A DNA stretch of 64,000 bases from Thalassobaculaceae bacterium (GTDB lineage: Bacteria > Pseudomonadota > Alphaproteobacteria > Thalassobaculales > Thalassobaculaceae), in the NCBI GenBank assembly GCA_965228875.1, contig OZ245843.1:4446616-4510615 (forward strand), read 5' to 3'. The notes beneath the pieces are model-generated. The model was not told the origin of the DNA. It did no database searches and saw nothing but the letters and a program-made list of their open reading frames with translations. The position numbers and the translations under genes were made by a program. This document shows, in pieces, positions 48,176 to 58,540 of this stretch. Position 1 is the stretch's first letter, and the number at the start of each line of letters is the position of its first letter.

Positions 48176-50989
48176 TCAGAACCGCTTCAGCAACCGGTCG
48201 ATATAGTCGAGTTCGAGGGCCGGCCGGTCGCGTTCGCCGGAGCGGCGGCGCAGCTCGTCGAAGATCCGCCGCGAGCGCAGCAGGTCGCTCTCTGTCGGGA
48301 TGCCGTGGTGACTCTGGTCGTCGGTGGCGTATCCCTGGGTGTCGTCCCGGTCGTTGTTGAGCGGATCGCGCACCTGCCCGTCCTGGGCACGGCCCTGGGC
48401 CCCGGGGGTCGGCGCCTGGCCACCACCGGCCTGCTGCTGTTGCTGCATGGCTTCGGAAAGGGCCTGGGCGCCGTCCTGTAGCGCCTCGATGGCGTCTCCC
48501 TGCGGACCGACGGCCTCGCCGGGTTGGTTCTGTCCAAGGGCCTCGCCGGCGCTCTTCATCGACCGTTCGGCCTGGCCGAAGGGTGCCGGGATCTCTCCCA
48601 GGCCCTCGCCGAGCTTGCGCATGAACTCGCCCAACTGACGCCGCAACTGCTCCTGCATGCGGGCCAGTTCCTCCGCCGTGGCGCCGGGCTGGCCCTGTCC
48701 CTGCTGACCGGGGCTCCGTTCTCCCTGGCCGAACTGCGGACGGCCGCGCTCGCCGGGGCGGCCCTGTTGCGGGAACTGCTGCCCCGGCTGGGTCTGCTGG
48801 CCGCCGAAGGGCTGGTTGCCGCGCTGCTGCTGGCCCCGGTTGCCGAATTCCTCCTGACCCTGTTTGAACGTCTGGTCCATCAGGCGTTGCTGCTGCTCCG
48901 CCAGATCCTGGAGCTGGCGCATCATCTCGCGGGCGGCGAGCTGTTCCGGCGACATCATCTGCGGCCGGCCGGCGCGCAGATTCTCCATCAGTTCCCGCAA
49001 TTGAGACAGCATCTCCCGCGCCGCGTCCTTGGCACCGGCCTGGGCCATCTGACGGGCGCGTTCGAGCATGTCCATCAGGTCCTGACGCTCGACGATCCGG
49101 TTCGGGTCCACCTGCTGCATCTGCTCGGACAGGTCTTCGCCGCCCTGCTGCATCATCTCCTGCATCTGCTCGGCCATGGCTTGCAGGAACTTGTCGATCG
49201 CCTGGCGCAGCTCGTTCAGGAGCTTCTCGACCTCCGCCATGTCGGGGTCGTCCTGCGCCAGCAGGTCCATGATCCTGCGCTCGATCTCGCGAAGTTCGCG
49301 CTCTGCCAGGGAGAGTTCCCCGTCCTCGATCCGCAGGGCGGTGTCCCAGAGCAGTTTCTGGACCGCGTCGATCATCTCCTCGTTCTCGTCGTTCAGAACC
49401 AGGCGGCCGGCGGCGGTGCGCAGCGCCAGGAAGGCGACGATGTCGTGGTAGTACTGGTGCGGGCGCACGGCGAGCGACATCAGCACCTGGGCGATGTCGT
49501 CCTTCTCCGCGGGCTCGGTGGTCAGGCGCTTGCGCTGCTCGATGATGGCCTGGGCGATGGGGTGGGTGAACCGCCGCTCCGGCAGGACGATGGTCAGGGC
49601 CTCGCTGCGGCCCTCCTGGTCGAGAGCGTCGCGCGCGACCAGGGTGATGCGCACCGGCTGGCCCGCCCAGGGGTGCGGCGTCAGGTCGTGATAATCCTTG
49701 GCGTCCACCGCTTCCGGCGAGGCTCCGGGCAGCGACAGGGGCAGGATGATCGGCACGTCGCTGGCGATCTCTCCGAAGCTGTCGAGCCGGTCGATCCGCG
49801 CTTCCACCGACGTCAGGCCGTAGTCGTCGGAGGCGGCGAAGTGGATCATCAGCGCCGCCCGTTCGGTCTCCGCCGGCGGTTCGGCCATGGCGACGGTCGG
49901 TTTCAGGTCGGGGACCACCGTGATGGTCCAGCCGGCCAGGTCCTCGCCGTCCTGGCGGATGGTCAGGGCCGTGCCGGCGTCGATCGGACGCTCGATCTGA
50001 TGGGCCCGCAGGCCGACGGTCTCGAACGCCACCTCGGTCTCGGCGGTCGTGGCCCCGGAGGTCTCGGTTTCGGCTGCCGGGCGATCGTCGCCCGCGACCG
50101 CGAGGACGGGCACCCCGTCGCCGCCGTTCACCTTGGCCAGCAGGACCGAGCCGACCGGGACCGCCAGCCGCTCCGCGAGGGCGGGTGCGGCTTCGGTCCG
50201 GCCGGCGGCCGTCGGCTCCTGCGGGCCGCGCGGGTCGTCGGCGGCGCGGGCGAGCAGCATCGGCACCCGACCGGTATAGGCCGGAGGATTGATCCAGACG
50301 TCGAGCGTCGGTGGCGGCACCTCGTAGGGCGGCCGCAGATCGGGCTGGAAGGCGAGGGCGATCCGTTGGCCCGGATCGTTGGCCGCGATCGCCAGGCCGA
50401 GCACAAGCGCGAACGCCAATCCGGCGCGCAGGCCGAACCGGTCGAGCCGCACCATCGCCGGCTCCGGAGCGGCCACCTTCAGGCCCTTCAGCCGGGTGGC
50501 CTCGCGGGCCTGATGGGCGCGCCACAGGGCGCGTGCCATCGTGCTGCTCCGGTCGGCGGGGCGGTCCGACAACGTGCTGACCGGCCGGTGCGCGAGGCCG
50601 CTGTCGCGCTCCAGCCGGCGCACCGCATCCTCATGCGTCGCCGGCACCCAGCGCACGATCCCGCGCCTCACGCTCCACAGAAAGACTCCGGCCGCCGCCA
50701 GGAGAAGCGCCAGATGGCCCCATCCGAGCGTCGCCTCGCCGAGCCACTGGGGCACTCCGATCAGGGCGAGCGCCACGAAGCCGGCGGCGATGGCGAGGGG
50801 TGGCCAGAGCGACGGCCAGATCCGTTCCCAGCCGAGCACGGCTTTGGCCAGGGCGAGCTTGCCTGCGAGGGGGCGCCTGTGATCGGCAGTCGCGTCTAAC
50901 GCGGCGTCCTCGGTCGACCGGTCCTGCGTCTGCGGGTCACGCACCACGGGTCTCCACAACTGTCGGGGCGACCGGTCCTGCGGCTGCAC
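48176..50989 (-). CDS. TIGR02302 / DUF4175 family protein
   Basis: 'WERIWP', 'DVWINPPAYTG', 'SDDYGL', 'DLTPHPWAG', 'LWDTALRIEDG', Q-rich coils, 'ELDYIDRLL'. Confidence 0.92.
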   Translation of the reverse strand: MQPQDRSPRQLWRPVVRDPQTQDRSTEDAALDATADHRRPLAGKLALAKAVLGWERIWPSLWPPLAIAAGFVALALIGVPQWLGEATLGWGHLALLLAAAGVFLWSVRRGIVRWVPATHEDAVRRLERDSGLAHRPVSTLSDRPADRSSTMARALWRAHQAREATRLKGLKVAAPEPAMVRLDRFGLRAGLAFALVLGLAIAANDPGQRIALAFQPDLRPPYEVPPPTLDVWINPPAYTGRVPMLLARAADDPRGPQEPTAAGRTEAAPALAERLAVPVGSVLLAKVNGGDGVPVLAVAGDDRPAAETETSGATTAETEVAFETVGLRAHQIERPIDAGTALTIRQDGEDLAGWTITVVPDLKPTVAMAEPPAETERAALMIHFAASDDYGLTSVEARIDRLDSFGEIASDVPIILPLSLPGASPEAVDAKDYHDLTPHPWAGQPVRITLVARDALDQEGRSEALTIVLPERRFTHPIAQAIIEQRKRLTTEPAEKDDIAQVLMSLAVRPHQYYHDIVAFLALRTAAGRLVLNDENEEMIDAVQKLLWDTALRIEDGELSLAERELREIERRIMDLLAQDDPDMAEVEKLLNELRQAIDKFLQAMAEQMQEMMQQGGEDLSEQMQQVDPNRIVERQDLMDMLERARQMAQAGAKDAAREMLSQLRELMENLRAGRPQMMSPEQLAAREMMRQLQDLAEQQQRLMDQTFKQGQEEFGNRGQQQRGNQPFGGQQTQPGQQFPQQGRPGERGRPQFGQGERSPGQQGQGQPGATAEELARMQEQLRRQLGEFMRKLGEGLGEIPAPFGQAERSMKSAGEALGQNQPGEAVGPQGDAIEALQDGAQALSEAMQQQQQAGGGQAPTPGAQGRAQDGQVRDPLNNDRDDTQGYATDDQSHHGIPTESDLLRSRRIFDELRRRSGERDRPALELDYIDRLLKRF

Positions 50990-51119
50990 CTCCCCCGGCA
51001 GACGCCATGGCGAGACCCGCTCCGATGCAACCGTTACCCGGCCGCCGATCGGGCAAGTGTTGGGTCTGCGGGCGGGACGGTCAAGGGCGGAGGCGGCGCC
51101 CTCAAGCGTCCGTGTCCCG

Positions 51120-51284
51120 CTATTCGCGAATCACGGAGGTCTTCGACGGCGCCGGATAGGTGCGCGGATGCGGCGCCGGCCGGCCCTCCGGCGGCTTCGG
51201 ATCCCCGCGTTTGCCGCAGGCGGCGGGACCGGCGAACGCGGCGGCGGCGATCGCCAGAACCAGCTTGCGACGGGACAGGCTCAT
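51120..51284 (-). CDS. Small lipoprotein (LptM/YifL-like)
   Basis: 54 aa, '[12 protein letters not shown]'; ATGA overlap with the argH stop. Present in the ORF track only as the tail of a longer ORF. Confidence 0.8.
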   Translation of the reverse strand: MSLSRRKLVLAIAAAAFAGPAACGKRGDPKPPEGRPAPHPRTYPAPSKTSVIRE

Positions 51285-52690
51285 TCTCCGCCTCCGTTCA
51301 GGAACCGCTGGCGGGCGGCCGCGACCTGCTCGCGCACCCGTGCCGGCGCGGTCCCACCGTAGCAGGTCCGGGCGTTCAGCGACGCCTCGACCGACAGCAC
51401 CTGGTAGACCCGCTCGTCGATCTGCGGGTGGATCTCCCGCAGCACGTCGAGCGGCAGGTCCTCCAGCCCGCAGCCGCGCTCCTCGGCGGCGCGGACCGCC
51501 CGGCCGGTGATGTGGTGGGCGTCGCGGAACGGCAGTCCGGCCTCGGTGACGAGCCAGTCGGCGAGGTCCGTGGCCGTCGGGAAGCCGGCGACCACCGCCT
51601 TGCGCATCGCTTCGGGATTGGCCTGGAGGTCGCGGATCATGCCGGTGGTGCAGGCGACGCAGAGGCCGAGATTGTCCACCGCGTCGAAGCACGGCTCCTT
51701 GTCCTCCTGCATGTCCTTGCCGTAGGCGAGCGGCAGCCCCTTGAGGACGATCGCCGTGCCGGTGAAGGCGGCGAGGATACGCCCGGCCTTGCCCTTGACC
51801 AGTTCGGCGCCGTCGGGGTTCTTCTTCTGCGGCATGATCGAACTGCCGGTCGTGAAGGCGTCGGACAGCTTGACGAAGCGGAACTGTGGGGTGGTCCAGA
51901 TCACCAGCTCCTCCGCCAGCCGCGAGAGGTGGACGGCGCAGATGCCGGCCGCCGCCAGCAGTTCCATCACGAAGTCCCGGTCGGACACCGCGTCCAGCGA
52001 ATTGGCCGTCGGGCGGTCGAAGCCGAGCGCGGCCGAGGTCATGTGCCGGTCGATCGGAAACGGCGTGCCGGCGAGGGCGGCCGAGCCCAGCGGGTTCTCG
52101 TTCATGCGCCGCCGGGCGTCCGCCAGCCGCGAACGGTCGCGGCCGATCATCTCGACATAGGCCAGCAGATGATGGCCGAAGGTGACCGGCTGGGCCGGTT
52201 GCAGGTGGGTGAAACCGGGCATGATGGTCTCGGCGTGGCGGTCGGCCTGGTCGATCAGGGCCGCCTGCAGGTCCTTGAGCTCGGCATCGAGGGCGTCGAT
52301 GGCGCCCCGGACCCAGAGCTTCATGTCCGTGGCGATCTGATCGTTGCGCGAGCGCGCGGTGTGCAGCCGACCGGCCGCGTCGCCGATTTTCTCCCGCAGG
52401 CGGTTCTCGACGTTGAGGTGGATGTCCTCGAGCGCGCGCGAGAATTTGAAGTCGCCGGACTCGATCTCCTGCCAGATGCCGTCTAGACCCTGGGCGATCG
52501 CCACCCCATCTTCGGCGGTGATGATGCCCTTTGCGACGAGCATCTCCGCATGCGCCTTCGAGCCGAGGATGTCTTCGCGCCAGAGGCGTCGGTCGAAGTC
52601 GATGGACGGGTTGATCCGCTCCATGGCCTCGGCCGGTCCGGCGGCAAAGCGGCCGCCCCACATCGCGTTCGCGGGAGTAGATTCGGTCAT
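51281..52690 (-). CDS. argH: Argininosuccinate lyase
   Basis: 'MWGGRF', '[10 protein letters not shown]', 'GFTHLQ', '[12 protein letters not shown]'. Confidence 0.97.
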   Translation of the reverse strand: MTESTPANAMWGGRFAAGPAEAMERINPSIDFDRRLWREDILGSKAHAEMLVAKGIITAEDGVAIAQGLDGIWQEIESGDFKFSRALEDIHLNVENRLREKIGDAAGRLHTARSRNDQIATDMKLWVRGAIDALDAELKDLQAALIDQADRHAETIMPGFTHLQPAQPVTFGHHLLAYVEMIGRDRSRLADARRRMNENPLGSAALAGTPFPIDRHMTSAALGFDRPTANSLDAVSDRDFVMELLAAAGICAVHLSRLAEELVIWTTPQFRFVKLSDAFTTGSSIMPQKKNPDGAELVKGKAGRILAAFTGTAIVLKGLPLAYGKDMQEDKEPCFDAVDNLGLCVACTTGMIRDLQANPEAMRKAVVAGFPTATDLADWLVTEAGLPFRDAHHITGRAVRAAEERGCGLEDLPLDVLREIHPQIDERVYQVLSVEASLNARTCYGGTAPARVREQVAAARQRFLNGGGE

Positions 52691-53285
52691 GGCGTTTCTC
52701 GGTTCGCTTTCTTCCTGGTCGCCCTTGCGGCTGGCGCTGGTCGGCGGGATGGTCGGTCTGTCGCTGGCGGTGGCGGCGACGATGGCCATGCTGACCGTCG
52801 CGTCCGCCTCGGGCCCGCCGGCCTTTTCCGGCGGCTACGGCACGTGGGAGGCGTTCGACGACCCGCCGGCCGCGCCGGACACGGACTTCCTAGACCCGGA
52901 CGGCGAGCGCATCAACCTCGACGCGTTCCGCGGCAAGACCGTGCTGGTCAACTTCTGGGCAACGTGGTGCGCGCCCTGCGTCAAGGAACTGCCGTCGCTC
53001 GACGCGCTGCAGGCGGAGATGGGGGACCCGGATTTCCAGGTGCTGATCGTGTCGGTCGACCGCAAGGGGCTGGCGGTCGCCCAGCCGTTCCTCGACGACC
53101 TGGGCATCGAGCATCTGCGGACGGCGGCGGATCCGAAGGGCACGCTCGCCCGGGAGATGGAGGCGACGGGTCTTCCCACCACCGTGCTGCTGGATCGGGA
53201 CGGCCGGATGATGGGCCGCCTTCTCGGTGACGCGGAATGGAATTCCGACGGCGCCAAGGCGCTGTTGCGGTACTATCTCGAGTGA
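52689..53285 (+). CDS. tlpA: TlpA family thiol-disulfide oxidoreductase
   Basis: '[18 protein letters not shown]', 'GLPTT'; divergent from argH. Start could be 52689 or a later ATG. Confidence 0.9.
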   Translation: MAFLGSLSSWSPLRLALVGGMVGLSLAVAATMAMLTVASASGPPAFSGGYGTWEAFDDPPAAPDTDFLDPDGERINLDAFRGKTVLVNFWATWCAPCVKELPSLDALQAEMGDPDFQVLIVSVDRKGLAVAQPFLDDLGIEHLRTAADPKGTLAREMEATGLPTTVLLDRDGRMMGRLLGDAEWNSDGAKALLRYYLE

Positions 53286-53386
53286 CCCGCCACACCCCGC
53301 GTCGACTGGTCGCCCGGCGCCGGCAACGACCGAGCGCGCCACGCCCCACTTCGACTGCGACCGAGCGAAGGAGCCGACATAGACCG

Positions 53387-54406
53387 ATGACGATCCTGGC
53401 CCGACTGTCCGTCGCCCTGCTACTCTTTCTCGCCGTCGCTCCGGCGGCCATCGTATCTCCCGGTCACGCCCAGGAGCCCCGGTTCTTCCGCATCGGGACC
53501 GGCGGCGTGAACGGCACCTACTATCCGACCGGCGCGATCATCGGCAACGCGATCTCCAACCCGCCGGGGTCCCGCGCCTGCGAGTCCGGGGGCAGTTGCG
53601 GCGTGCCAGGGCTGATCGCCATCGTGGTCTCGTCCAATGGCTCCATCGCCAATGTCGAGGCCATGCTGCGCGGCGAAATCGACTCCGGCTTCGCCCAGTC
53701 GGACGTGGTTCACGACGCCTATAGCGGAACCGGTCCGTTCGCCGGCCGTCAGCCGATGACCGATCTGCGGGTGATCGCCTCGCTCTATGCCGAACGCATG
53801 CAGCTCGTGGCATCCCGTGACAGCGATATCAAAGGGTTGACCGATCTGGCGGGCCGCCGGGTGTCGCTGGACGAACCGGGGTCGGGCACCCTGCCGCTGG
53901 CGGCCGATCTGCTGGAAGCGGCGGGTATCGGCGAGGGCGGGGTGATCGCCGAGTACGTGAAGCCGGGGCCTGCGGCCAGCCTGATGGCGCGCGGCGAACT
54001 GGACGCGTTCTTCATCGTCGCCGGGGTGCCCACGAATGCCGTCACCGACCTGGTGAGGGCAGGCAAGGCGGAGGTCGTGCCGCTCTCCGGCCCGGCGGTC
54101 GATGCGCTTCTGGCCCGTCATCCCTTCCTGTCCCGCGCCCCGATCCCGACGGGGGCCTACGGCGAAGATCAGGGCGAGATCGAGACCTTCGGCGTGACGG
54201 CGCAGTGGGTGACGACGGCGGCGGCGCCGGAGGATCTGATCTACAGGATCTGCCGGGCGCTGTGGAACGAGGCGACCCGTGTGCTCCTGGATGGCGGCCA
54301 TCCGAGCGGTCGCCAGATCCGTCTGGAGGCGGCGCTGGACGGCGTGAACGTGCCGCTGCATCCGGGGGCGGAGCGCTGCTACGCCGACCTGAAGAAGGAC
54401 GGGTGA
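53387..54406 (+). CDS. TAXI family TRAP solute-binding protein
   Basis: 'FFRIGTGG..GTYYP.G', 'GSIANV', 'FAQSD', 'PLHPGAERCY'. Confidence 0.92.
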   Translation: MTILARLSVALLLFLAVAPAAIVSPGHAQEPRFFRIGTGGVNGTYYPTGAIIGNAISNPPGSRACESGGSCGVPGLIAIVVSSNGSIANVEAMLRGEIDSGFAQSDVVHDAYSGTGPFAGRQPMTDLRVIASLYAERMQLVASRDSDIKGLTDLAGRRVSLDEPGSGTLPLAADLLEAAGIGEGGVIAEYVKPGPAASLMARGELDAFFIVAGVPTNAVTDLVRAGKAEVVPLSGPAVDALLARHPFLSRAPIPTGAYGEDQGEIETFGVTAQWVTTAAAPEDLIYRICRALWNEATRVLLDGGHPSGRQIRLEAALDGVNVPLHPGAERCYADLKKDG

Positions 54407-55227
54407 CCCTCGGCCATCGGCCGGAAGCTCTGGTTGCGCATGCCCGGATGCCGGACCCGGGCGACCGCCCGGGCGACGATCTCGCTTTCCCGGTCCCGCG
54501 GGTCGCGCCCCTCGGCGCACAGTCGTTCGGCGAGGGTGAGCAGGTCTTGGCGCGCCTCGACCCACTCCTCCATACCCCGTTCGCCGGCGAGGATGGGGGC
54601 GGCGGAACGGAACTCGGCGTAGAGCGTCAGGCGGGCACCCGGCTCCCGCCGCGGGGCGGACGCGTGGACCAGCATGGCGTCGTGGATCAGCACGTCGCCC
54701 GCGCCGACGCTCAACCGTTCCGTCGCCCGCGACCCGTCGGCGAGTGCCGCCTCCAGCGCGTCCATGTCCTGCGCGGCATGCTGGGTGCCGGGAACGATGG
54801 TCAGCGTTTCCGACGGCGCCATGGCATCCAGGTGGTAACCGACCGTCAGCACGCGTTGGTTCCGATCCTCCACCGTGTCCTGGTGCCAGCGTATGAGATG
54901 ACCGTCGCCGCCATTCTTCTGCAATGTCCAGACGAGCGACGGTAGCGCGTCGGCCCCTGCGATGGCGCGAACCGCGGACAGGACCCGCGGCTGACCGATT
55001 AGCCTCAGAACGGGGCCCGCAGGGAGCCGCTCCAGCGGATCGCAGCCGGAAGGAAGCGGCCGGCCGTCAACGGTGAAGGGAGCCCACTGGTCGATCAGGC
55101 CGGCCGCGCGGTCGTGGGACCACGCGCTCTTACAGGCGGCGCATAGATCCCGACGCGCCGACAGGGACAGGATGCCGGAGAGAAGCAGATACCCGGAGGC
55201 GTCGAATGTGGTCCGCGCGGTCGTCAT
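54379..55227 (-). CDS. Phytanoyl-CoA dioxygenase (PhyH) family Fe(II)/2OG enzyme
   Basis: 'WHQD', 'IVPGTQH', 'AGDVLIHDAMLVHAS', 'RLTL'. Confidence 0.8.
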   Translation of the reverse strand: MTTARTTFDASGYLLLSGILSLSARRDLCAACKSAWSHDRAAGLIDQWAPFTVDGRPLPSGCDPLERLPAGPVLRLIGQPRVLSAVRAIAGADALPSLVWTLQKNGGDGHLIRWHQDTVEDRNQRVLTVGYHLDAMAPSETLTIVPGTQHAAQDMDALEAALADGSRATERLSVGAGDVLIHDAMLVHASAPRREPGARLTLYAEFRSAAPILAGERGMEEWVEARQDLLTLAERLCAEGRDPRDRESEIVARAVARVRHPGMRNQSFRPMAEGHPSFFRSA

Positions 55228-55420
55228 GTCGGAGACCGTCCCCCGCCCGGCGGCGGGACGCAAGGGCGCGTCGCGGGTGGTCGGCCTGGCTCGCTCGGGG
55301 GAGCAAGAGTTTCCCCGGCCGCCCTTTCGGGAGGACCGGGGAAACGACGCCGCGGGGGTGGGGGTTCCCACGACGTTTGCCGAAGCGACGAAACAGGAGA
55401 TCTGGTTGTCCGTCCCCCAG

Positions 55421-55642
55421 TCAGTGAACCGTGTCGGCCAGGCGCATGGCGTGGCCGTGGATCTGGCGTCGGGTCGTGACGTCGAGGTCCTCGAAAGACG
55501 CCTGTGCCATCATCAGGTCCACGGAACTCCCACTGTTAATGGCGCGTACCAGCGCCGTCGCGATCTTGGTTTCGTTCCCGACAATGTCGGCAACGGATTG
55601 AGATAGAAGGGCAAAAGCCTTATCAGTCACCATTCTGGTCAT
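55421..55642 (-). CDS. Small hypothetical protein (73 aa)
   Basis: RBS GAGGGAAG; protein-like helical sequence MTRMVTDKAFALLSQSVADIVG...; AT-rich promoter region upstream. Confidence 0.6.
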   Translation of the reverse strand: MTRMVTDKAFALLSQSVADIVGNETKIATALVRAINSGSSVDLMMAQASFEDLDVTTRRQIHGHAMRLADTVH

Positions 55643-55681
55643 CGATCTTCCCTCTTTCTGAAGGACTGTAGGTGATATGGA

Positions 55682-55703
55682 TTTAGATAAATTTTTATCT
55701 AAA
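55682..55703. promoter_or_regulatory. Perfect AT-rich palindrome, probable operator
   Basis: TTTAGATAAA-TT-TTTATCTAAA between divergent genes. Confidence 0.65.
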
Positions 55704-55780
55704 AGCAAGTCAAAAATGGCTGATTTCGGCCATTCGCACCGGCTGTGCCGGTAACGTCTTGAGTCGCGAGGCAGAAATTC

Positions 55781-56428
55781 ATGGATGATCCGATCGGGGG
55801 GCACCCCACCCGAGGCGAGCAGCTCGACATCCTGGTCGCCGCCGCCGATGCGGTGCTCGCACCCGGCGATGCGCTTCTCGACCTGGGATGCGGCACCGGC
55901 TATCTCGCCCACCTGCTGTTCCAAGTCCGCGACGATGTCGGATATGTCGGCGTCGACCGCAAGGGCGAGTCCCTTGAGGCGGCACGCGCGCGGTTCGGCG
56001 ACCGGGTCGACCTCATCGAGGGAGATCTGGCAGACGTCGATGCGATCGGACTCGCTGACCGCCGCTTCAAGGTGATCGCGACGGCGCTCACCTTTCACGA
56101 TCTCGCGGATGCCGCCAAACGCGCGGTCCTGGTCTGGGCGGCCGACCGGCTCGAGCCCGGAGGAGCGATGCTGGTCTACGACCGTTTGCGGCTGACGACG
56201 CCGGCGACCTTCGCCATGCAGCAAGCGGTGTGGCGGCGGATCGAGCGGATCCACGGTCGCGGCATGCGGACCGCGGAGAGCTTCGCCGCCTACGAGGCAG
56301 ACCTGTCCGACAGCAACCGTCCCGCCGGAGCGGCGGATTACGCGCGCTGGTTCGACGAGATCGGCCTGCAGCATCAAGTCCTGCATCTGCATGGTAACGT
56401 CGCGCTGATCGCCGCCGCCAAGGGGTGA
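55781..56428 (+). CDS. Class I SAM-dependent methyltransferase
   Basis: 'LLDLGCGTG', 'VGVD', 'LTFHDL', 'LEPGG'. Confidence 0.88.
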   Translation: MDDPIGGHPTRGEQLDILVAAADAVLAPGDALLDLGCGTGYLAHLLFQVRDDVGYVGVDRKGESLEAARARFGDRVDLIEGDLADVDAIGLADRRFKVIATALTFHDLADAAKRAVLVWAADRLEPGGAMLVYDRLRLTTPATFAMQQAVWRRIERIHGRGMRTAESFAAYEADLSDSNRPAGAADYARWFDEIGLQHQVLHLHGNVALIAAAKG

Positions 56429-56451
56429 CGCGTCCGAAGGGGAGGAAGACC

Positions 56452-57504
56452 ATGAGTGATCGATACGCCGCCGATACGCTGACCGGCTATGCCGAAGCCC
56501 TGTTCGCCGCCGCCGGGCTCGAACCGGACAAGGCCGTGCTGGTGGCGCCGCTCATGGTGGAGGCCGATCTGATGGGCCACACCACCCACGGCCTGCAGCT
56601 CGTGCCGCCCTATCTGGCGGCCCTTGCCGACGGCTCGATGACCGCGGCCGGACAGCCGGGCGTGATTGCCGACCGGGGGCCGGTCGTGACCTGGGACGGC
56701 CGGCGGCTGTCGGGGGTGTGGCTGACGGCGTCGGCGATCGATCTGGCGGTCGACCGCGCCGCTCAGTACGGCACCTGCACCGTGGCGGTCCGCCGCGCCC
56801 ACCACATCGCCTGTCTCGCCGCCTTCCTGGAGCGGGCGACGTCCCGAGGCATGATGGTGACGTTGACCTGTTCCGATCCGTCGGTGGCCAGCGTCGCGCC
56901 CTTCGGTGGCACGCGTGCGGTCTACACCCCCAATCCGATCGCCGTCGGCATCCCGACCTCGGGCGACCCGATTCTGATCGACATCTCCGCCTCGATCACC
57001 ACTAACGGGCTCACCGGTCGTCTGCACGGCGAGGGCCGGACGCTGGATCACGACTGGCTGATCGATGCCGATGGCACGCCATCGCGCGACCCGGCCGTGC
57101 TGTTCACCGACCCGCCGGGCACGATCCTGCCGGTCGGCGGGCTCGACCACGGACACAAGGGCTATGGCATGGCGCTGACGGTCGAGGCGCTGACCCAGGC
57201 GTTGACCGGCCACGGCCGGGCCGATCCGCCGGAGGGCTGGGGAGCCGGTGTCTGGGTGCAGGTCCAGGACCCGACCGCCTTCTCCGGTACCGAGGCCTTC
57301 ACCCGCCAGACCGACCGGCTGGCCGAGCTGTGCCGAACCAACACGCCGCGACCGGGTGTCGAGAAGGTCCGGCTGCCCGGCGACGGGGCGCTTTCGCGCA
57401 AGCGCAAGGCGCTGGCCGAGGGCGTGACGCTGTATCCTGGCATCGTCGACGCCCTGGCCGGATGGGCCGAGAAGCTCGGCGTGGAGCGCCCGGCACCCCT
57501 CTGA
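56452..57504 (+). CDS. Ldh_2 family (malate/L-lactate/sulfolactate-type) oxidoreductase
   Basis: 'EADLMGHTTHGL', 'HHIACL', 'PNPIAVGIP', 'GHKGYGMAL', 'VRLPG'. Confidence 0.92.
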   Translation: MSDRYAADTLTGYAEALFAAAGLEPDKAVLVAPLMVEADLMGHTTHGLQLVPPYLAALADGSMTAAGQPGVIADRGPVVTWDGRRLSGVWLTASAIDLAVDRAAQYGTCTVAVRRAHHIACLAAFLERATSRGMMVTLTCSDPSVASVAPFGGTRAVYTPNPIAVGIPTSGDPILIDISASITTNGLTGRLHGEGRTLDHDWLIDADGTPSRDPAVLFTDPPGTILPVGGLDHGHKGYGMALTVEALTQALTGHGRADPPEGWGAGVWVQVQDPTAFSGTEAFTRQTDRLAELCRTNTPRPGVEKVRLPGDGALSRKRKALAEGVTLYPGIVDALAGWAEKLGVERPAPL

Positions 57505-57516
57505 CCGCCGCCGCGT

Positions 57517-58389
57517 TCAGCAGGTCGGGCACGGCGCGCTCGCGGACGGCCCGGTACCGGTCGCGGTGCCGGTCCAGGCGGCGGTGATCGGCGTCGGCGC
57601 GATCCGTGCGAGGAATGCCGCCACCGCCTGTCTGGCGGCCCGCTGGCGCAGGACGTGGTGGGTGGAACCGTCGATCACCACCGAGTCGGCATCGTCGAAC
57701 CCGTCCATGTCTTCGCCGCAGTGGCCCCGAAGGAACCATCGATCGAACCATCGGTCGTTCCTGCTGACGACGGACAGGACCGGGGTCGAGGGTGCCCCCT
57801 TCACGCCCCAGAGCGGCGGCCAGGGGATCTGGCAGGTCCAGCCCAGAATGACCCGGGCAGCCACGCCGCCGCCGGTGTAGTTCGCCGTTGTCATCCCGCC
57901 TTCGCTCTGACCCATGAGGATGATGCGGTCGGGATCGACCCAGGGGAAGCGGCGGGCACGCTCGATCGCGAAAGCGGTTTCGGCGAGCCGGAAGCCGATG
58001 ACGCCGGGATGGAAGCCGGCCGACTTCGAGCGCCAGTCGCAGCTCAGAGGCTTGTACTCCCGGGAGAAGCTGTCGGGCGCGATCACCGCGTAGCCGAGGC
58101 CGCGCAGGAACTCCAGGTCCACCCGGTAGCCGCCATGCAGACCGTTGCAGCCGTGCAGGAAGATCACCAGCGGCATGTCCGGCGCCAGTTTCGCCGCCCG
58201 CAGGTGCGGTTCGACGTCGGCCATCTCGCCGGAGATGTCGGCCATCGCCGGGTCGGCGGTCGAGAACGGCACGACAACGGTCGCGCCGGCCCAGGTGCGG
58301 GCGAGTTCGTCCGGCAGGTCCGCCGAGGGCGAGAGGTAGCAGCCGGCCAAGGCCGACAGACAGAGCAGGATCGCGACGACACGCAGCAT
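57517..58389 (-). CDS. Dienelactone hydrolase-like alpha/beta hydrolase lipoprotein
   Basis: Lipobox LAGC; 'VIFLHGCNG', 'APDSF', nucleophile 'GQSEGG'. Confidence 0.8.
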   Translation of the reverse strand: MLRVVAILLCLSALAGCYLSPSADLPDELARTWAGATVVVPFSTADPAMADISGEMADVEPHLRAAKLAPDMPLVIFLHGCNGLHGGYRVDLEFLRGLGYAVIAPDSFSREYKPLSCDWRSKSAGFHPGVIGFRLAETAFAIERARRFPWVDPDRIILMGQSEGGMTTANYTGGGVAARVILGWTCQIPWPPLWGVKGAPSTPVLSVVSRNDRWFDRWFLRGHCGEDMDGFDDADSVVIDGSTHHVLRQRAARQAVAAFLARIAPTPITAAWTGTATGTGPSASAPCPTC

Positions 58390-58540
58390 GATGTTTGAAC
58401 TGACGCGCGGGGAGCGGTGTGGCAAGGGGACGGATGCGGTTTCACACGAACGTCACCGACGGGCACGATAGTAGCGTCCCTCTCGCCCGAATGCCCGGTC
58501 CCGTGCGACCGTCGTCAAACCTCAAGCCAAGGATCAGCCG

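Noticed and set aside
48400..49200. Gln/Gly-rich repetitive DNA
   Set aside because: Normal low-complexity linker of TIGR02302 proteins, not a separate repeat element.
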